The notes: a model not told the origin generated them from the sequence alone. A DNA stretch of 59,127 bases from an uncultured Candidatus Bathyarchaeia archaeon (GCA_964396445.1 CAYNFI010000007.1:1-59127); one strand, 5' to 3'. Numbered from the stretch's first letter, positions 10,167-20,446 are shown. Translations and numbers: made by a program.

Positions 10167-11192
10167 ATGGCGATTAGAGTTGGCGTTGTTGGCTGTGGAA
10201 GCGTCAGTTGGGAGCATGTTAGGAGGTTAAGTCTTCTAGGCGGAGGCGAGGCTAGGGTGATGGCTCTCTGCGACGTGGCGGGGGATAGGGCTGAGAGCCT
10301 TAGAGGTTTCATAAACCGGTTTAGGAACATAACACCTGAGCCGTTGGAATCTGAAGCTACCTTCGTAAACTACGATGAAATGCTTCGTAAAGCTGAACTG
10401 GACGCCGTCATCGTTTGTACACCCCATACTCTACATCATGACCATGTATTAAAGGCGCTTCGAAACGATTTGCATGTACTTGTGGAGAAGCCTATGGCGG
10501 TCTCAGTTATAGAGGCTGAGGCGATGAACGCTGAGGCATTAAAGCGCCACCGAGTGCTTACAGTCGGTTATCAAAGACATTGCCAGCCCGAGTGCTTATT
10601 TGCCCGGCTGAAAATCCTGAGCGGTGAGCTTGGTGAGCCTCATATAATCGTAGGCTGGCTTATTCAAAACCTCTTAGCTGCGGGAAGGTTTTACCAAGAC
10701 CCAACTTTATCGGGTGGAGGGCAGATAAAAGCTTCGGGGACACACCTTATAGACCTCATCCTATGGATGACGGAAACGGAGCCTGTTAAGGTAAAGGCTT
10801 TCATGGACTTAGCGGGTGCCCCTGTGGACATCTACGCCGTTCTAGCCGTGCAGCTTTCCAGCGGAGCCCTCGCCTCAATCACCATCTCGGGGGGACATCC
10901 AAGACTTCACACAGGCGTAACTGACGAGGTTAGGGTATGGTGTGCCAAAGGCGGAGTTCACGTATTAGGTGGAGAAGCCTACATCGAAAACGTTGAAGGC
11001 AATGTCACGAAAATAGATCGGGCTAAACTCCCTAAGACAAGCCCAAACCCCGATGTCAATTTCATACGAGCAATATTGGGAAAGGAGGAGAACCTTATAC
11101 CTGGTATATGCGGGGTAAAAGCCACGAAGCTTGAGGAAATGGCCTACGCCAACGTTGGTCAACCCATCCCGAACAGGCTTAAAAGAGCCTAA
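10167..11192 (+). CDS. Gfo/Idh/MocA family NAD(P)-dependent oxidoreductase
   Basis: VGVVGCG, VCTPHTLH, HVLVEKPMA, GTHLIDL. Confidence 0.9.
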   Translation: MAIRVGVVGCGSVSWEHVRRLSLLGGGEARVMALCDVAGDRAESLRGFINRFRNITPEPLESEATFVNYDEMLRKAELDAVIVCTPHTLHHDHVLKALRNDLHVLVEKPMAVSVIEAEAMNAEALKRHRVLTVGYQRHCQPECLFARLKILSGELGEPHIIVGWLIQNLLAAGRFYQDPTLSGGGQIKASGTHLIDLILWMTETEPVKVKAFMDLAGAPVDIYAVLAVQLSSGALASITISGGHPRLHTGVTDEVRVWCAKGGVHVLGGEAYIENVEGNVTKIDRAKLPKTSPNPDVNFIRAILGKEENLIPGICGVKATKLEEMAYANVGQPIPNRLKRA

Positions 11193-11232
11193 ACTTCGAA
11201 GAAATAAAATCCAGAGGGATTTTCACATCTTT

Positions 11233-12297
11233 TTATGAAAGGTTCCAATACGGCAATAAAGTACGCTTTACAGTTGCTATAATTTCCTCCGTATGGGCTT
11301 TGAGTGTCTGAGGCATTAAAACTGTTTTCTCCCTAACATCAAGCGGGATACCCGCCATTGCCCCAATCACTGCTGGAACGGTTTTCGCTAGAGCAATGTA
11401 TTCATAGCCTCCTTCGAGAGTAGCAAGGAGTTTCCCAGCGCAGTTTTTACCCGCAAACTCTAAGGCTTTTTCAAAGAGATTCACATAACCTTGAGCTGAA
11501 AGCCCGAGTCCGGTTAACGGGTCGTCTTGATGAGCATCGAAGCCTGCTGACACCAGGATAAACTGTGGCCTATACTGCTTAGTTATGGGTGAGACTACTT
11601 CCCTTATCATCTTCATATAAACCTCGTCGCTGGTGTGTGGAGGAAGGGGGAAATTAACCTTATAACCTACTCCATCCCCAACTCCAATCTCATTCACATG
11701 CCCCGTCCCAGGGAAGATTTGGTCTTGGTGAAAGCTTACATAGAATACCTTGGATGTATCGTCGAAGATTTCCTGAACTCCATTACCATGGTGGGCGTCT
11801 AAGTCAAGGATCATAACCCTTTCGTAGCCCTGTTTCTCGATGAGGTAAGCAGCGGCTATGGCGATGTTGTTGAAGAGACAGAATCCGTACGGATAATCAC
11901 GCCCGGCGTGATGTCCAGGCGGTCTCACTAAGGCAAAGGAATTCACGAATTTCCCGTTAAGGATAAGCTCACAGCCCTTCAACGCTCCACCAACGGCGTA
12001 GAGGGCAGCTTCGAAACTTCGAGGACTACAGACAACACCAGCACCCCAGGAGCCGAGGAGTCCGCCTCCCCGACTGCAGAAGTCTTCTACGAGGTTTATG
12101 TACGAAGGGTCGTGGACAAGTCGAAGTTCCTCTCGGGAAGCCTTCCGTGGGGTAACAAGGGTGCATTCGCCAGATTGAAGAAGTTTAGAGCGTTCTAAGC
12201 CCTTGAGGATGGCTTCAAGCCGGCTTCTAGATTCCGGGTGCGAGGGTCCGGTGTCATGGGCGAGGTATATGTCATCGTAGATGATGGAGGTCCGCAA
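11233..12297 (-). CDS. Histone deacetylase / AcuC family Zn-dependent deacetylase
   Basis: HPESRSRL, RPPGHHA, DLDAHHGNG, SAGFDAHQDDPL, LEGGY all intact. Confidence 0.92.
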   Translation of the reverse strand: MRTSIIYDDIYLAHDTGPSHPESRSRLEAILKGLERSKLLQSGECTLVTPRKASREELRLVHDPSYINLVEDFCSRGGGLLGSWGAGVVCSPRSFEAALYAVGGALKGCELILNGKFVNSFALVRPPGHHAGRDYPYGFCLFNNIAIAAAYLIEKQGYERVMILDLDAHHGNGVQEIFDDTSKVFYVSFHQDQIFPGTGHVNEIGVGDGVGYKVNFPLPPHTSDEVYMKMIREVVSPITKQYRPQFILVSAGFDAHQDDPLTGLGLSAQGYVNLFEKALEFAGKNCAGKLLATLEGGYEYIALAKTVPAVIGAMAGIPLDVREKTVLMPQTLKAHTEEIIATVKRTLLPYWNLS

Positions 12298-12412
12298 GTG
12301 TCACCGCACCAGCTTCACGTTGTTACAAGGCTCCTTCCTGAACCATAAACTTATCAACACCTTTAACACTCCCTGCATCATTCTAGTGAAAAAGGAAGGG
12401 GTAGTTTTACGG

Positions 12413-14056
12413 TTACATCCATGGATACATGCAGCCTTTTTCAGCCTGTTCACAGAATTGGTACCATAGGGCTAGGGGTCCCCGTTTATAGTTGTATCTG
12501 GGCTCAGGGGGCTTCCAGTTATTGAGCCTTTCCTCTATTTGCTTAGCTGTAAGCTTTACGTCTATCCGTCTATGAACTAGGTCTAGATCAATGATGTCTC
12601 CGTTTTCAACGGCGGCGAGGGGTCCCCCTAGCATGGCTTCAGGGGATACATGAAGCACGTTTGTGCCAAAGCATGTTCCACTCGTACGCCCATCTGACAC
12701 CCTAACCATGTCTCGGACACCCTTTTTCACGAGAACGGTTGGGATCGGCAGCATACCGGATTCAGGCATACAGGCGGCTTTAGGTCCCTGATACCTATGA
12801 ATAAGCACGTGGTCCTCCGCGACCTCTAGGTTCTCACGCATCAGTGCTTTGTAAGCTTCCTCCCCAGTGTTGAAGACAAGGGCTGGTCCCCTATGTTGAA
12901 GAAGCTCCCGATTAAGGCTGGCTGAATGCTTTAAAACGGCGCCGTTAGGCGCGAGGTTACCCCTTAGAACAGCGAGACCTCCTTCACCGAGGATCGGCTT
13001 ATCGATTGAATGAACAATGTTCCCATCCGAGACCTTAATCCCTGTAAGGTTTTCGCCGAGGGTTTTACCCGTCACCGTCATAACATCTAGGTTGAGTAGG
13101 GGTTCAAGCGCCTTCATAACAACTGGAACCCCGCCTGCCCTATGGATGTCCGCAACCACACCCTGCCCGCTTGGCTTAACATCCACGATAAACGGTGTCT
13201 CCCGGCTGACCTCATCGAACCTTTCAAGGGGAAGACTTATTTCAAGTTGCTTTGCCAAGGCTATGAGGTGAATCACGGCGTTTGTTGAACCTCCCATAGC
13301 CATAAGCAACCTAACAGCATTCTCTATGGCCTTAACCGTCATGATATCCCGAGGCTTCACATCTTCCCTTAACAAATGCATCAAAGCCCTGCCGCTTTCC
13401 TCAGCCTTTTGGTAAAGTTGGGCGTATACAGCAGGGGTTGTGGCTGAGCCGGGTAAAGACATTCCCAGAGCCTCAGCCATTACCTGCATGGTGTTCGCGG
13501 TTCCAAGGGGACCGCAGGCACCTGAACATGGGCAGACGCTACGTTTGAACTCACTCCAATCCTTTTCGCTGATAAGGCCTCCCCTGTACATGGCTTCAGC
13601 CTTTATACCATCAGTGCAGCAGACAACATCTTCACCCCTCCATCTCCCAGGCAGCATTGTACCGCCTAACACGAATATAGACGGCAGGTTTACACGTGCG
13701 CAGCCCATGAGAAGCGCTGGCACATCCTTATCGCAGGTACATATGAATGAGGCGGCATCGGCTGGCTCTGAGAGGAACACGGCTTCGGTTTCCAAGGCGA
13801 GGAGGTTACGGTTTGGAAGGGTTTGTCCAGGGCATAGGGAAAGCGTACCGTACTCAAGGGGGAAACCTCCAGCAGACCAAACTCCCCGTTTCACAGCCTC
13901 AGCTACAAGCTTAAGATGGTTATGACCGGGGTTCCATTCACTCCACGTGTTAACCACGTTAACAACCGGATGCTGTAAGTCGTGGTCTGTGAAACCCCCT
14001 GTCTTGATAAGCTCCTTAAGGAGCCACCCCATTTCCTGGCTTCTAAGCTTCCTCAT
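12413..14056 (-). CDS. ilvD: IlvD/Edd family dehydratase (dihydroxy-acid or sugar-acid)
   Basis: CTCDKDVP, CPCSGACGPLGTANTM, GGSTNAVIHL, SDGRTSGT, HVSPEA; substrate not determinable. Confidence 0.8.
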   Translation of the reverse strand: MRKLRSQEMGWLLKELIKTGGFTDHDLQHPVVNVVNTWSEWNPGHNHLKLVAEAVKRGVWSAGGFPLEYGTLSLCPGQTLPNRNLLALETEAVFLSEPADAASFICTCDKDVPALLMGCARVNLPSIFVLGGTMLPGRWRGEDVVCCTDGIKAEAMYRGGLISEKDWSEFKRSVCPCSGACGPLGTANTMQVMAEALGMSLPGSATTPAVYAQLYQKAEESGRALMHLLREDVKPRDIMTVKAIENAVRLLMAMGGSTNAVIHLIALAKQLEISLPLERFDEVSRETPFIVDVKPSGQGVVADIHRAGGVPVVMKALEPLLNLDVMTVTGKTLGENLTGIKVSDGNIVHSIDKPILGEGGLAVLRGNLAPNGAVLKHSASLNRELLQHRGPALVFNTGEEAYKALMRENLEVAEDHVLIHRYQGPKAACMPESGMLPIPTVLVKKGVRDMVRVSDGRTSGTCFGTNVLHVSPEAMLGGPLAAVENGDIIDLDLVHRRIDVKLTAKQIEERLNNWKPPEPRYNYKRGPLALWYQFCEQAEKGCMYPWM

Positions 14057-14287
14057 ATGAAATCTACCTCACACACCATCGTTTACCCTAGGCTAATAAA
14101 TTTTAGAAGCCTCCTCAAACCACATACCTTATGAAAAACATTGTTAGACTTAGGAGACATCCCGAGGTATGGAAAGATAAAGGGGTAGTTGTTTATGCAC
14201 TGAGTGGAGTGACCTGTTTTACACTAGGTCGAAAGCTACCAGGATTCCTAGTATGATCATAATCAAGCCCGCCATTAAATGTAACAG

Positions 14288-15310
14288 TTACGTGTTCTTT
14301 TGCTTCCATTGAGTCATCCTTCCTAAGGATGAAAAGCCGAGGTAGGCTAGGGTGGTTATCAGGATTAGTGGGGTTATGAAGATGAGGTTGTAGTACAGGA
14401 GTATGGGGATGGCTAGGGCTTGGGTCTCGCTCTCCGCTAAGAGTCCGAGTATGAATAAGTATGGTCCACCTGCGCATGGGAGCTCGAAGAGGCATACGGC
14501 GAAGCCTGTCAGGAAGACTCCTGAGGGACTCATAACGCTGGTTAGGATGTCGTCGAGCTTGGGTCTCCAGGAGCGTGGGACCTCCATAACAAAACCTAGG
14601 CTACCGTACCAGAGGAAGTCTTTGAGGTTGAGTAATCCCAGGAGTATGGCAAGGATTCCAACAGCCCTGTAGAACCAGTAGGATAAGCCGCTGACCTGTA
14701 GCGCTGAGAAGAGACCGATACCGAAGAGGAAGTAGGCAATGTAGATCGATGTTACGAAGGCGATGGCTGACCTGATGAGCCTCTTCCGATCTTGGAAGGC
14801 ATAGGAGAGGAAGCCCAGTAGAACGAGGAGAACCGATATGGCACAGGGGTTGACGGCGTCGACTAAAGCCGCTCCCGTGACGACGAGTAGGGATAAGAGC
14901 GTTAATCCCCTCCCCTCTGGCGATGGGCATGGGGAACCCGTCTCTAGGAGGCTGACAACCCTCTCCTCAAGTTCTTCTAAGACCTCTTTATCCCCTGTAA
15001 GGCAGTGGTCTCCAAGAAAGATGGCTGGGATGATCCTTCGATCCTGTTGAACCCTGTACCTCTCAAACAACCTGTTTAGGAGCAGGAGGTTGCTCCTGTT
15101 ACCATAGACTTCAAACCTGTGGACATCCAACTGGGGGTATGTCTCCTCCAGCTGTTCTATGAGAGGCTCAACTTTGGCGCAGGCAACACAGCCAACACCA
15201 TAGAAGAAGTACATGCAAACCCTGCTCCCTCCAACAGGGGCTGCAAACAGAGGAATTACGACCGTGAGGAGCATAAAAAAGGAACGCGTTTCCTCATCCC
15301 AATCCCTCAC
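14288..15310 (-). CDS. Thioredoxin (CxxC) - DsbD/CcdA transmembrane domain fusion
   Basis: N-terminal hydrophobic segment, GCVAC thioredoxin motif, then ~6 TM helices with the conserved Cys pair in DAVNPCA and ELPCAGGPY. Confidence 0.8.
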   Translation of the reverse strand: MRDWDEETRSFFMLLTVVIPLFAAPVGGSRVCMYFFYGVGCVACAKVEPLIEQLEETYPQLDVHRFEVYGNRSNLLLLNRLFERYRVQQDRRIIPAIFLGDHCLTGDKEVLEELEERVVSLLETGSPCPSPEGRGLTLLSLLVVTGAALVDAVNPCAISVLLVLLGFLSYAFQDRKRLIRSAIAFVTSIYIAYFLFGIGLFSALQVSGLSYWFYRAVGILAILLGLLNLKDFLWYGSLGFVMEVPRSWRPKLDDILTSVMSPSGVFLTGFAVCLFELPCAGGPYLFILGLLAESETQALAIPILLYYNLIFITPLILITTLAYLGFSSLGRMTQWKQKNT

Positions 15311-15469
15311 TTTCGCTTAGAAACCTTAGACGTACGCTATCAGATGGCGTGAACTTCATTTCTAAAATGCCCTCGAACACCACTGTGACATGCATCTATC
15401 TGAAAGAAGCGGGTTCGATGGAAGCCTCGTGGACTTAGCGGGTTTAGTGGATGAGGTTGTAGACATTTC

Positions 15470-15742
15470 CTATGATTCCAGACCCTTCTGCTTCCTCAAT
15501 AATCGGGACGCTCGCCTGAACCTAACCAAGGATAAGACAGCATCGAATATGAAGAACAAGAGAACGTACAATCTACCCCAAAACGATAAGTCTAACTTAA
15601 AACCCGCCTCATAGGTAAGGTAAAAGAACCAAGTAGTGTAGATAAAACTCAGTATGGTGAAGAAGCAGAAACCAAAAAAGAATAGAGTTCTTCTCCTCTC
15701 TAGTTGACGAAGAGACGACACTTGACCATCATCACTTGTCAA
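15470..15742 (-). CDS. Small 2-TM membrane protein with basic C-terminus (candidate immunity protein)
   Basis: 90 aa, two hydrophobic helices, Arg/Lys tail; TTG start overlaps the TGA stop of the upstream precursor gene. Confidence 0.55.
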   Translation of the reverse strand: MTSDDGQVSSLRQLERRRTLFFFGFCFFTILSFIYTTWFFYLTYEAGFKLDLSFWGRLYVLLFFIFDAVLSLVRFRRASRLLRKQKGLES

Positions 15743-16491
15743 TAAGGCTCACATCGGCAATTCACCCATTCCACACAACACAGTTGTTGACAGAAAGGGC
15801 AAAGTAATGCAAAGAATAGACAAATAGCACAGTCCACAGGGTTTGGTGTCAAGAAACAAAGCAGGCAGTGCCAAGCGCCTTCTGTAGAGCAATGAGAAAG
15901 GCAGGTTGCCAAGCATTCAATGTTGTACACGCTGCAGCCATCGCATTTGCAGATTTCGCCTGGGAGGCACTCTTCGGTGCAGGGGTAGGAGGAGGTCGTT
16001 CCCACTCCATCACCGAAGAGTAGCTCACCGTTCTCACTTTTGGCTAGGAGCCTAATAACTTGGTTTTCCACATCGACGATGAAGGCTTGAGCGGTTATCT
16101 TAATATCAGAGGCTATGAATGCAACTAAACCCATGGTCTTATTTACTCCACTAAATATTATGCCCATCGCAAGCACTTCCAGCATAGTGCTATTAACTAC
16201 CATCTTGGCTCTCATCGCTATAGAGTTGTTAACTAAAGGTGTGTACCCCCTCCCAATGAGTGCTGACTTAACGTTTTTGTAGTCTTGGGAGCCTAGGGCT
16301 AGGGCTACGGCGATGTTCCTCTCCTCTCCTTCAAGAACTTCTACATTCTCCACTTGTACATTTGGGGGACAGGAGCCGCAAGGAGTTTCACTCGCAGCCC
16401 TTATCGGGCTGTACACTGAGGACAAGCCTAAGGAGCCTACAAGAAGGATGAGAAACATGGACGCAACCTGAACATGTCTATTGCTCTCCAT
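15739..16491 (-). CDS. Secreted precursor with Cys-rich C-terminal peptide (halocin C8-like architecture)
   Basis: Signal peptide (FLILLVGSLGLSSVYSPIRAA), ~130-aa Cys-free middle, 18 Cys in the last ~83 aa. Confidence 0.65.
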   Translation of the reverse strand: MESNRHVQVASMFLILLVGSLGLSSVYSPIRAASETPCGSCPPNVQVENVEVLEGEERNIAVALALGSQDYKNVKSALIGRGYTPLVNNSIAMRAKMVVNSTMLEVLAMGIIFSGVNKTMGLVAFIASDIKITAQAFIVDVENQVIRLLAKSENGELLFGDGVGTTSSYPCTEECLPGEICKCDGCSVYNIECLATCLSHCSTEGAWHCLLCFLTPNPVDCAICLFFALLCPFCQQLCCVEWVNCRCEPY

Positions 16492-16572
16492 AATATCACT
16501 CCTTAAACAGAACCTCGCTTATCAAGCATATAATATTAAATATATCTCATATATATCTTTCGGTTACATTGC

Positions 16573-16766
16573 TGATACTGACAAGATAAGGCTTGACCTT
16601 TGACTAGTCAGGCCTATAGGCCTGGTTTTGGGGTAGGTTCCTGTGTCAGAGTTGGATTTGCTCATCTTTCCGGGGGAAAACGTGGCTAGGCTACATCCTA
16701 GGATGACAGCCGAGGCAGATTAACCCATTGACTAGTCAAAGACAGAACCTTATCTTGTCAGTATCA
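16573..16766. mobile_element. MITE, 194 bp, 38-bp imperfect TIRs, 6-bp TSD CATTGC
   Basis: TGATACTGACAAGATAAGG (16573-16591) is the exact reverse complement of 16748-16766; TTTGACTAGTCA (16599-16610) matches 16729-16740; CATTGC directly flanks both ends (16567-16572, 16767-16772); no ORF. Confidence 0.85.
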
Positions 16767-16882
16767 CATTGCTTGATACCGCTTGGCACAATGGTTCCCC
16801 TTAGGTTAATAAGGTTTCAAAAGCGATTTCAGGCACACACCTTATTTTAAACAAGCAGGGTGTATATATAATCGGTGAAACG

Positions 16883-18259
16883 ATGCCAATCCACCCGATA
16901 GAGTACAGGTATGGAAGCCCAGAGATGAGGAAGGTCTTCAGCCGCGAAAGCTGGCTTGAGAAGATGCTTAAGGTTGAAGCCGCCCTTGTACAGGCATACG
17001 CTGACGTTGGGGAAATACCTGAAGACGCCGCTAGGTACATTTCTGAACGGGCTTCGACAAGTTACGTGAGCGTTGAAGCCGTTGACAGGATCGAACGTGA
17101 GATCGGACATGAAATCATGGCTGTCGTGAAAGCTTTAGCCGAGGTCTCAGAGCCATACGGGGGATTCATCCACATGGGTGCTACCTCCAACGACATCACG
17201 GACTCTGTGCTCGCGCTGCAGCTTAAAGAAGCCATCAAGATCGTGAGAAAAGACCTAGCTGAGCTCGCCGGGGTCTTAGTCGGTAAGGCTGAGACGTATA
17301 AGGACACAGTATGCTTAGGGAGAACCCATGGAATCGCGGCTTTACCGATGCCTTTCGGCTTCAAGTTCGCGGTTTGGGCTTCAGAGGTAACACGCCATAT
17401 TAAGAGGCTCAGCCAGTGCGAGGATAGGGTTTGCGTTGGAAAGATGAGCGGAGCCGTTGGCACCATGGCTGGGTTTGGACCCAACGCTTTAAGGATTCAG
17501 GAAACCGTCATGGAGAGGTTAGGGATAAGACCGGCTACGATCGCCACGCAGGTTGTACCCCGCGATGGGCTTGCAGAGTTCATAACCCTCCTCGGAGTCA
17601 TCGCATCCACCCTTGACAAGATTGCGAATGAGGTGCGCAACCTGCAGAGAACGGAGATCCGTGAGGTGGAGGAGCCGTTCCGCGAGGAGCGGCAGGTTGG
17701 ATCAAGTTCCATGCCTCACAAGAGGAACCCGGAGAAATCGGAGAAGGTCTGCGGCTTAGCCCGGGTTATCAGAGGCTTCACCGTTACAGCTTTAGAGAAC
17801 ATCGTCCTCGAGCATGAAAGGGATCTCACAAACAGTTCTTGTGAAAGGGTCATGGTCCCAGAAGTCTGTATTCTCCTCGATGAGCAGTTGAAGACGATCT
17901 TAAAAGTTCTAAAGGGCCTCATCGTCTACCCGGAGAACATGGTGAAGAACCTTGAGGCAACAAGGGGATTAATTATGTCCGAAGCTATAACGCTGACGCT
18001 GGCAAAAAAGGGTCCTGGAAGGCAGTGGGCGCACGAGGTTGTCCGAAGATGCTCCATGGAAGCCTGGAAACGCCAAGTCACACTCCCCGATGTGTTGAAG
18101 CAAAACCCAGAGGTAACTCAGTACTTAAGTGAGCAGGAGATCGATGCTTTAATGGACCCGGTAAACTACCTCGGAAAGGCGAAGGAACAGATCGGAAAAG
18201 TCACCGCGTATGTACGTTCAACCCTCCCTCAACTCGTTGATACAACGCATAATCCTTAA
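16883..18259 (+). CDS. purB: Adenylosuccinate lyase
   Basis: HMGATSNDI, GRTHG, GKMSGAVG, GSSSMPHKRNP. Confidence 0.95.
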   Translation: MPIHPIEYRYGSPEMRKVFSRESWLEKMLKVEAALVQAYADVGEIPEDAARYISERASTSYVSVEAVDRIEREIGHEIMAVVKALAEVSEPYGGFIHMGATSNDITDSVLALQLKEAIKIVRKDLAELAGVLVGKAETYKDTVCLGRTHGIAALPMPFGFKFAVWASEVTRHIKRLSQCEDRVCVGKMSGAVGTMAGFGPNALRIQETVMERLGIRPATIATQVVPRDGLAEFITLLGVIASTLDKIANEVRNLQRTEIREVEEPFREERQVGSSSMPHKRNPEKSEKVCGLARVIRGFTVTALENIVLEHERDLTNSSCERVMVPEVCILLDEQLKTILKVLKGLIVYPENMVKNLEATRGLIMSEAITLTLAKKGPGRQWAHEVVRRCSMEAWKRQVTLPDVLKQNPEVTQYLSEQEIDALMDPVNYLGKAKEQIGKVTAYVRSTLPQLVDTTHNP

Positions 18260-18297
18260 GAATGGATGCAACTCATAAGGCGATCCAAGGCGGTTTC

Positions 18298-19437
18298 ATG
18301 AGCGAATACCTCCTCATGCTCCCTGGACCTACGAACGTGGACCCTCGAGTTTCAAAAGCCATGCTTAAACCTTTAATCAACCATAGAGGACCGAGCTTTC
18401 ACAGGTTCTACGCCGAGGTTGAGGAGAAGCTAAGATACGTTTTCGAAACGAGGAACTCTGTCATACCACTCACATCCTCGGGAACAGGTGGAATGGACTT
18501 CGCAGTAAGCAACATTGTCTCCGAGGGAGATAGGGTTCTCATACCCACATTCGGTTTCTTCTGTGAGAGAGTTGCCAAGGCTGTGGAAGCCTTTGGCGGT
18601 CAACCCGTTAAAGTGCCTACAGAATGGGGATGCACGGTAAGCGCGGAGCAGGTCGTGGCAACTCTTGAGAGGGAGCGGGATGTAAAGGCAGTGGTCATCG
18701 TGAACAATGAAACCTCAACAGGTGTTAAAGTGCGGGAGCTACGTGAGATCGGGAAATTCACCAAGGAGAGAGGCATCTTCCTCATCGTGGACGCCATTTC
18801 CATACTCGGCGGCGACAAGTTACCCGTGGATGAATGGGGTATAGACGTATGTGCTACAGCAAGCCAGAAATGCCTAGCCTGCCCACCTGGTTTAGCCCTC
18901 GTATCCGTCAGTGATAGAGTGGTTGACCTAGTGAAAAGGAAACCAGCTCGGACAAGCTACTTCAACTTAAGCGACTACCTAACCTACATGGAGCGGGGTG
19001 AAACCCCGTACACACCGAGCCTACCCCTATTCTACGCCCTCAACGAGGCCTTAGACATGGTTATGGAAGAAGGCTTGGAGAAAAGGTTTGAGCGACATAG
19101 GAGATGCGCTGAAGCTTTCTACCACGCTGTTGAAAGGCTTGGGCTTCAACCATTTCCAAGGGATAAAGCCGACCGCTCAAACACCGTCGTCGCCGTCCAT
19201 AAGCCTCAGACCATAGACCTGGTCTCACTGGTGAAGACCATGATGGAGAGGTATAACGTGGTCATAGCTTCTGGGGTAGGGGTTATAAGGGAAAAAGTCT
19301 TCAGGATCGGAAGCATGGGCGTGGTTTCCTCTAGAGAAGTCACGGCGACGGTTAAAGCCCTTGAAGGCTCCCTGTTGAAGCTTGGTTACTCGGTTGATGT
19401 TGGCTCAGCGTTGGAAGAAGCCTTAAAACACCTTTAG
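18298..19437 (+). CDS. Class V aminotransferase (alanine/serine-glyoxylate family)
   Basis: LMLPGPTNV, NETSTG, VDAISILGG, ASQKCLACPPG (PLP Lys); start placed at ATG 18298 rather than 18262. Confidence 0.88.
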   Translation: MSEYLLMLPGPTNVDPRVSKAMLKPLINHRGPSFHRFYAEVEEKLRYVFETRNSVIPLTSSGTGGMDFAVSNIVSEGDRVLIPTFGFFCERVAKAVEAFGGQPVKVPTEWGCTVSAEQVVATLERERDVKAVVIVNNETSTGVKVRELREIGKFTKERGIFLIVDAISILGGDKLPVDEWGIDVCATASQKCLACPPGLALVSVSDRVVDLVKRKPARTSYFNLSDYLTYMERGETPYTPSLPLFYALNEALDMVMEEGLEKRFERHRRCAEAFYHAVERLGLQPFPRDKADRSNTVVAVHKPQTIDLVSLVKTMMERYNVVIASGVGVIREKVFRIGSMGVVSSREVTATVKALEGSLLKLGYSVDVGSALEEALKHL

Positions 19438-19444
19438 GCTTGGA

Positions 19445-19744
19445 ATGATCCAAGCTTTGACCAAGCGGATGGCAAGGGTGCACGTTTACATCTCAGGTAT
19501 GGTTCAAGGCGTCTTCTTCAGGGTGAACACTCAACGGATGGCTGTGAGGCTTGGGATACGCGGCTGGGTTAGAAACCTCCGCGATGGCAGGGTTGAGGCT
19601 GTCTTTGAAGGTGAAAAGGATAAGGTTGATGAAATGCTTCGATGGTGCAGGATTGGACCTGAAGGCGCGGTTATCCTCAGCGTCGATTTCACGGAGGAAC
19701 CATACACCGGCGAATTCCAGGTTTTCCAAATAAAGTACCAGTAA
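19445..19744 (+). CDS. acyP: Acylphosphatase
   Basis: SGMVQGVFFR, GWVRNLRDGRVE. Confidence 0.93.
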   Translation: MIQALTKRMARVHVYISGMVQGVFFRVNTQRMAVRLGIRGWVRNLRDGRVEAVFEGEKDKVDEMLRWCRIGPEGAVILSVDFTEEPYTGEFQVFQIKYQ

Positions 19745-19764
19745 AACCATAGGTGGATCTAGGT

Positions 19765-20439
19765 ATGAAAATATTAGCTATCACAGATATCCATGGAGAC
19801 ATAGGTTCAGCGGAGAAACTGAGAAATAGAGCTTGGGGTGAAGGTGTGGACATCGTGGTAATAGCTGGGGACATTACAGGTAAGACGATGAGTGGGTTTG
19901 GTACATTAGACGATGCCATAAAGATGCTTAAGGTCTTCCACCCATACCCAACTTTCTTCATACCCGGTAACTGCGACCCTCCATCCCTTACTGAAGTCGA
20001 CTCCCTTAACAACGCCCATTGTGTACATGGAAAACCTAGGAGTGTACAAGGCTTCTACATCCTCGGCGTTGGAGGAGGCGTGACGAGCCCTTTTAAAACT
20101 CCCTTTGAGCAAGGTGAAGAACAGTTTACGGAAACGTTGAGGACGAGTTTAACCTCCTTGAAAGCCGATGGAAAGCTTGTTTTCATAACTCATATGCCAC
20201 CGAAGGATACGGAGCTTGACTTAGTAACTCCCTTAGGGCCGCATGTTGGAAGCATAGCGGTGCGGAGGTTCATCGAGCAACAGGTTCCTTTGATCACTGT
20301 TTGCGGACATATGCATGAAAGGAGGGGGGTTGACAAGGTCGGTAACACGCTTGTACTGAACCCTGGACCTGCCAGTCGGGGTTTCTACGCCTTTATCAGC
20401 CTTAACGGCATGCCGGATATCAGGCTGGGAAAGGTTTAA
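19765..20439 (+). CDS. Calcineurin-like metallophosphoesterase
   Basis: TDIHG, AGDIT, PGNCD, THMPP, CGHMHE. Confidence 0.9.
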   Translation: MKILAITDIHGDIGSAEKLRNRAWGEGVDIVVIAGDITGKTMSGFGTLDDAIKMLKVFHPYPTFFIPGNCDPPSLTEVDSLNNAHCVHGKPRSVQGFYILGVGGGVTSPFKTPFEQGEEQFTETLRTSLTSLKADGKLVFITHMPPKDTELDLVTPLGPHVGSIAVRRFIEQQVPLITVCGHMHERRGVDKVGNTLVLNPGPASRGFYAFISLNGMPDIRLGKV

Positions 20440-20446
20440 ACCATGC

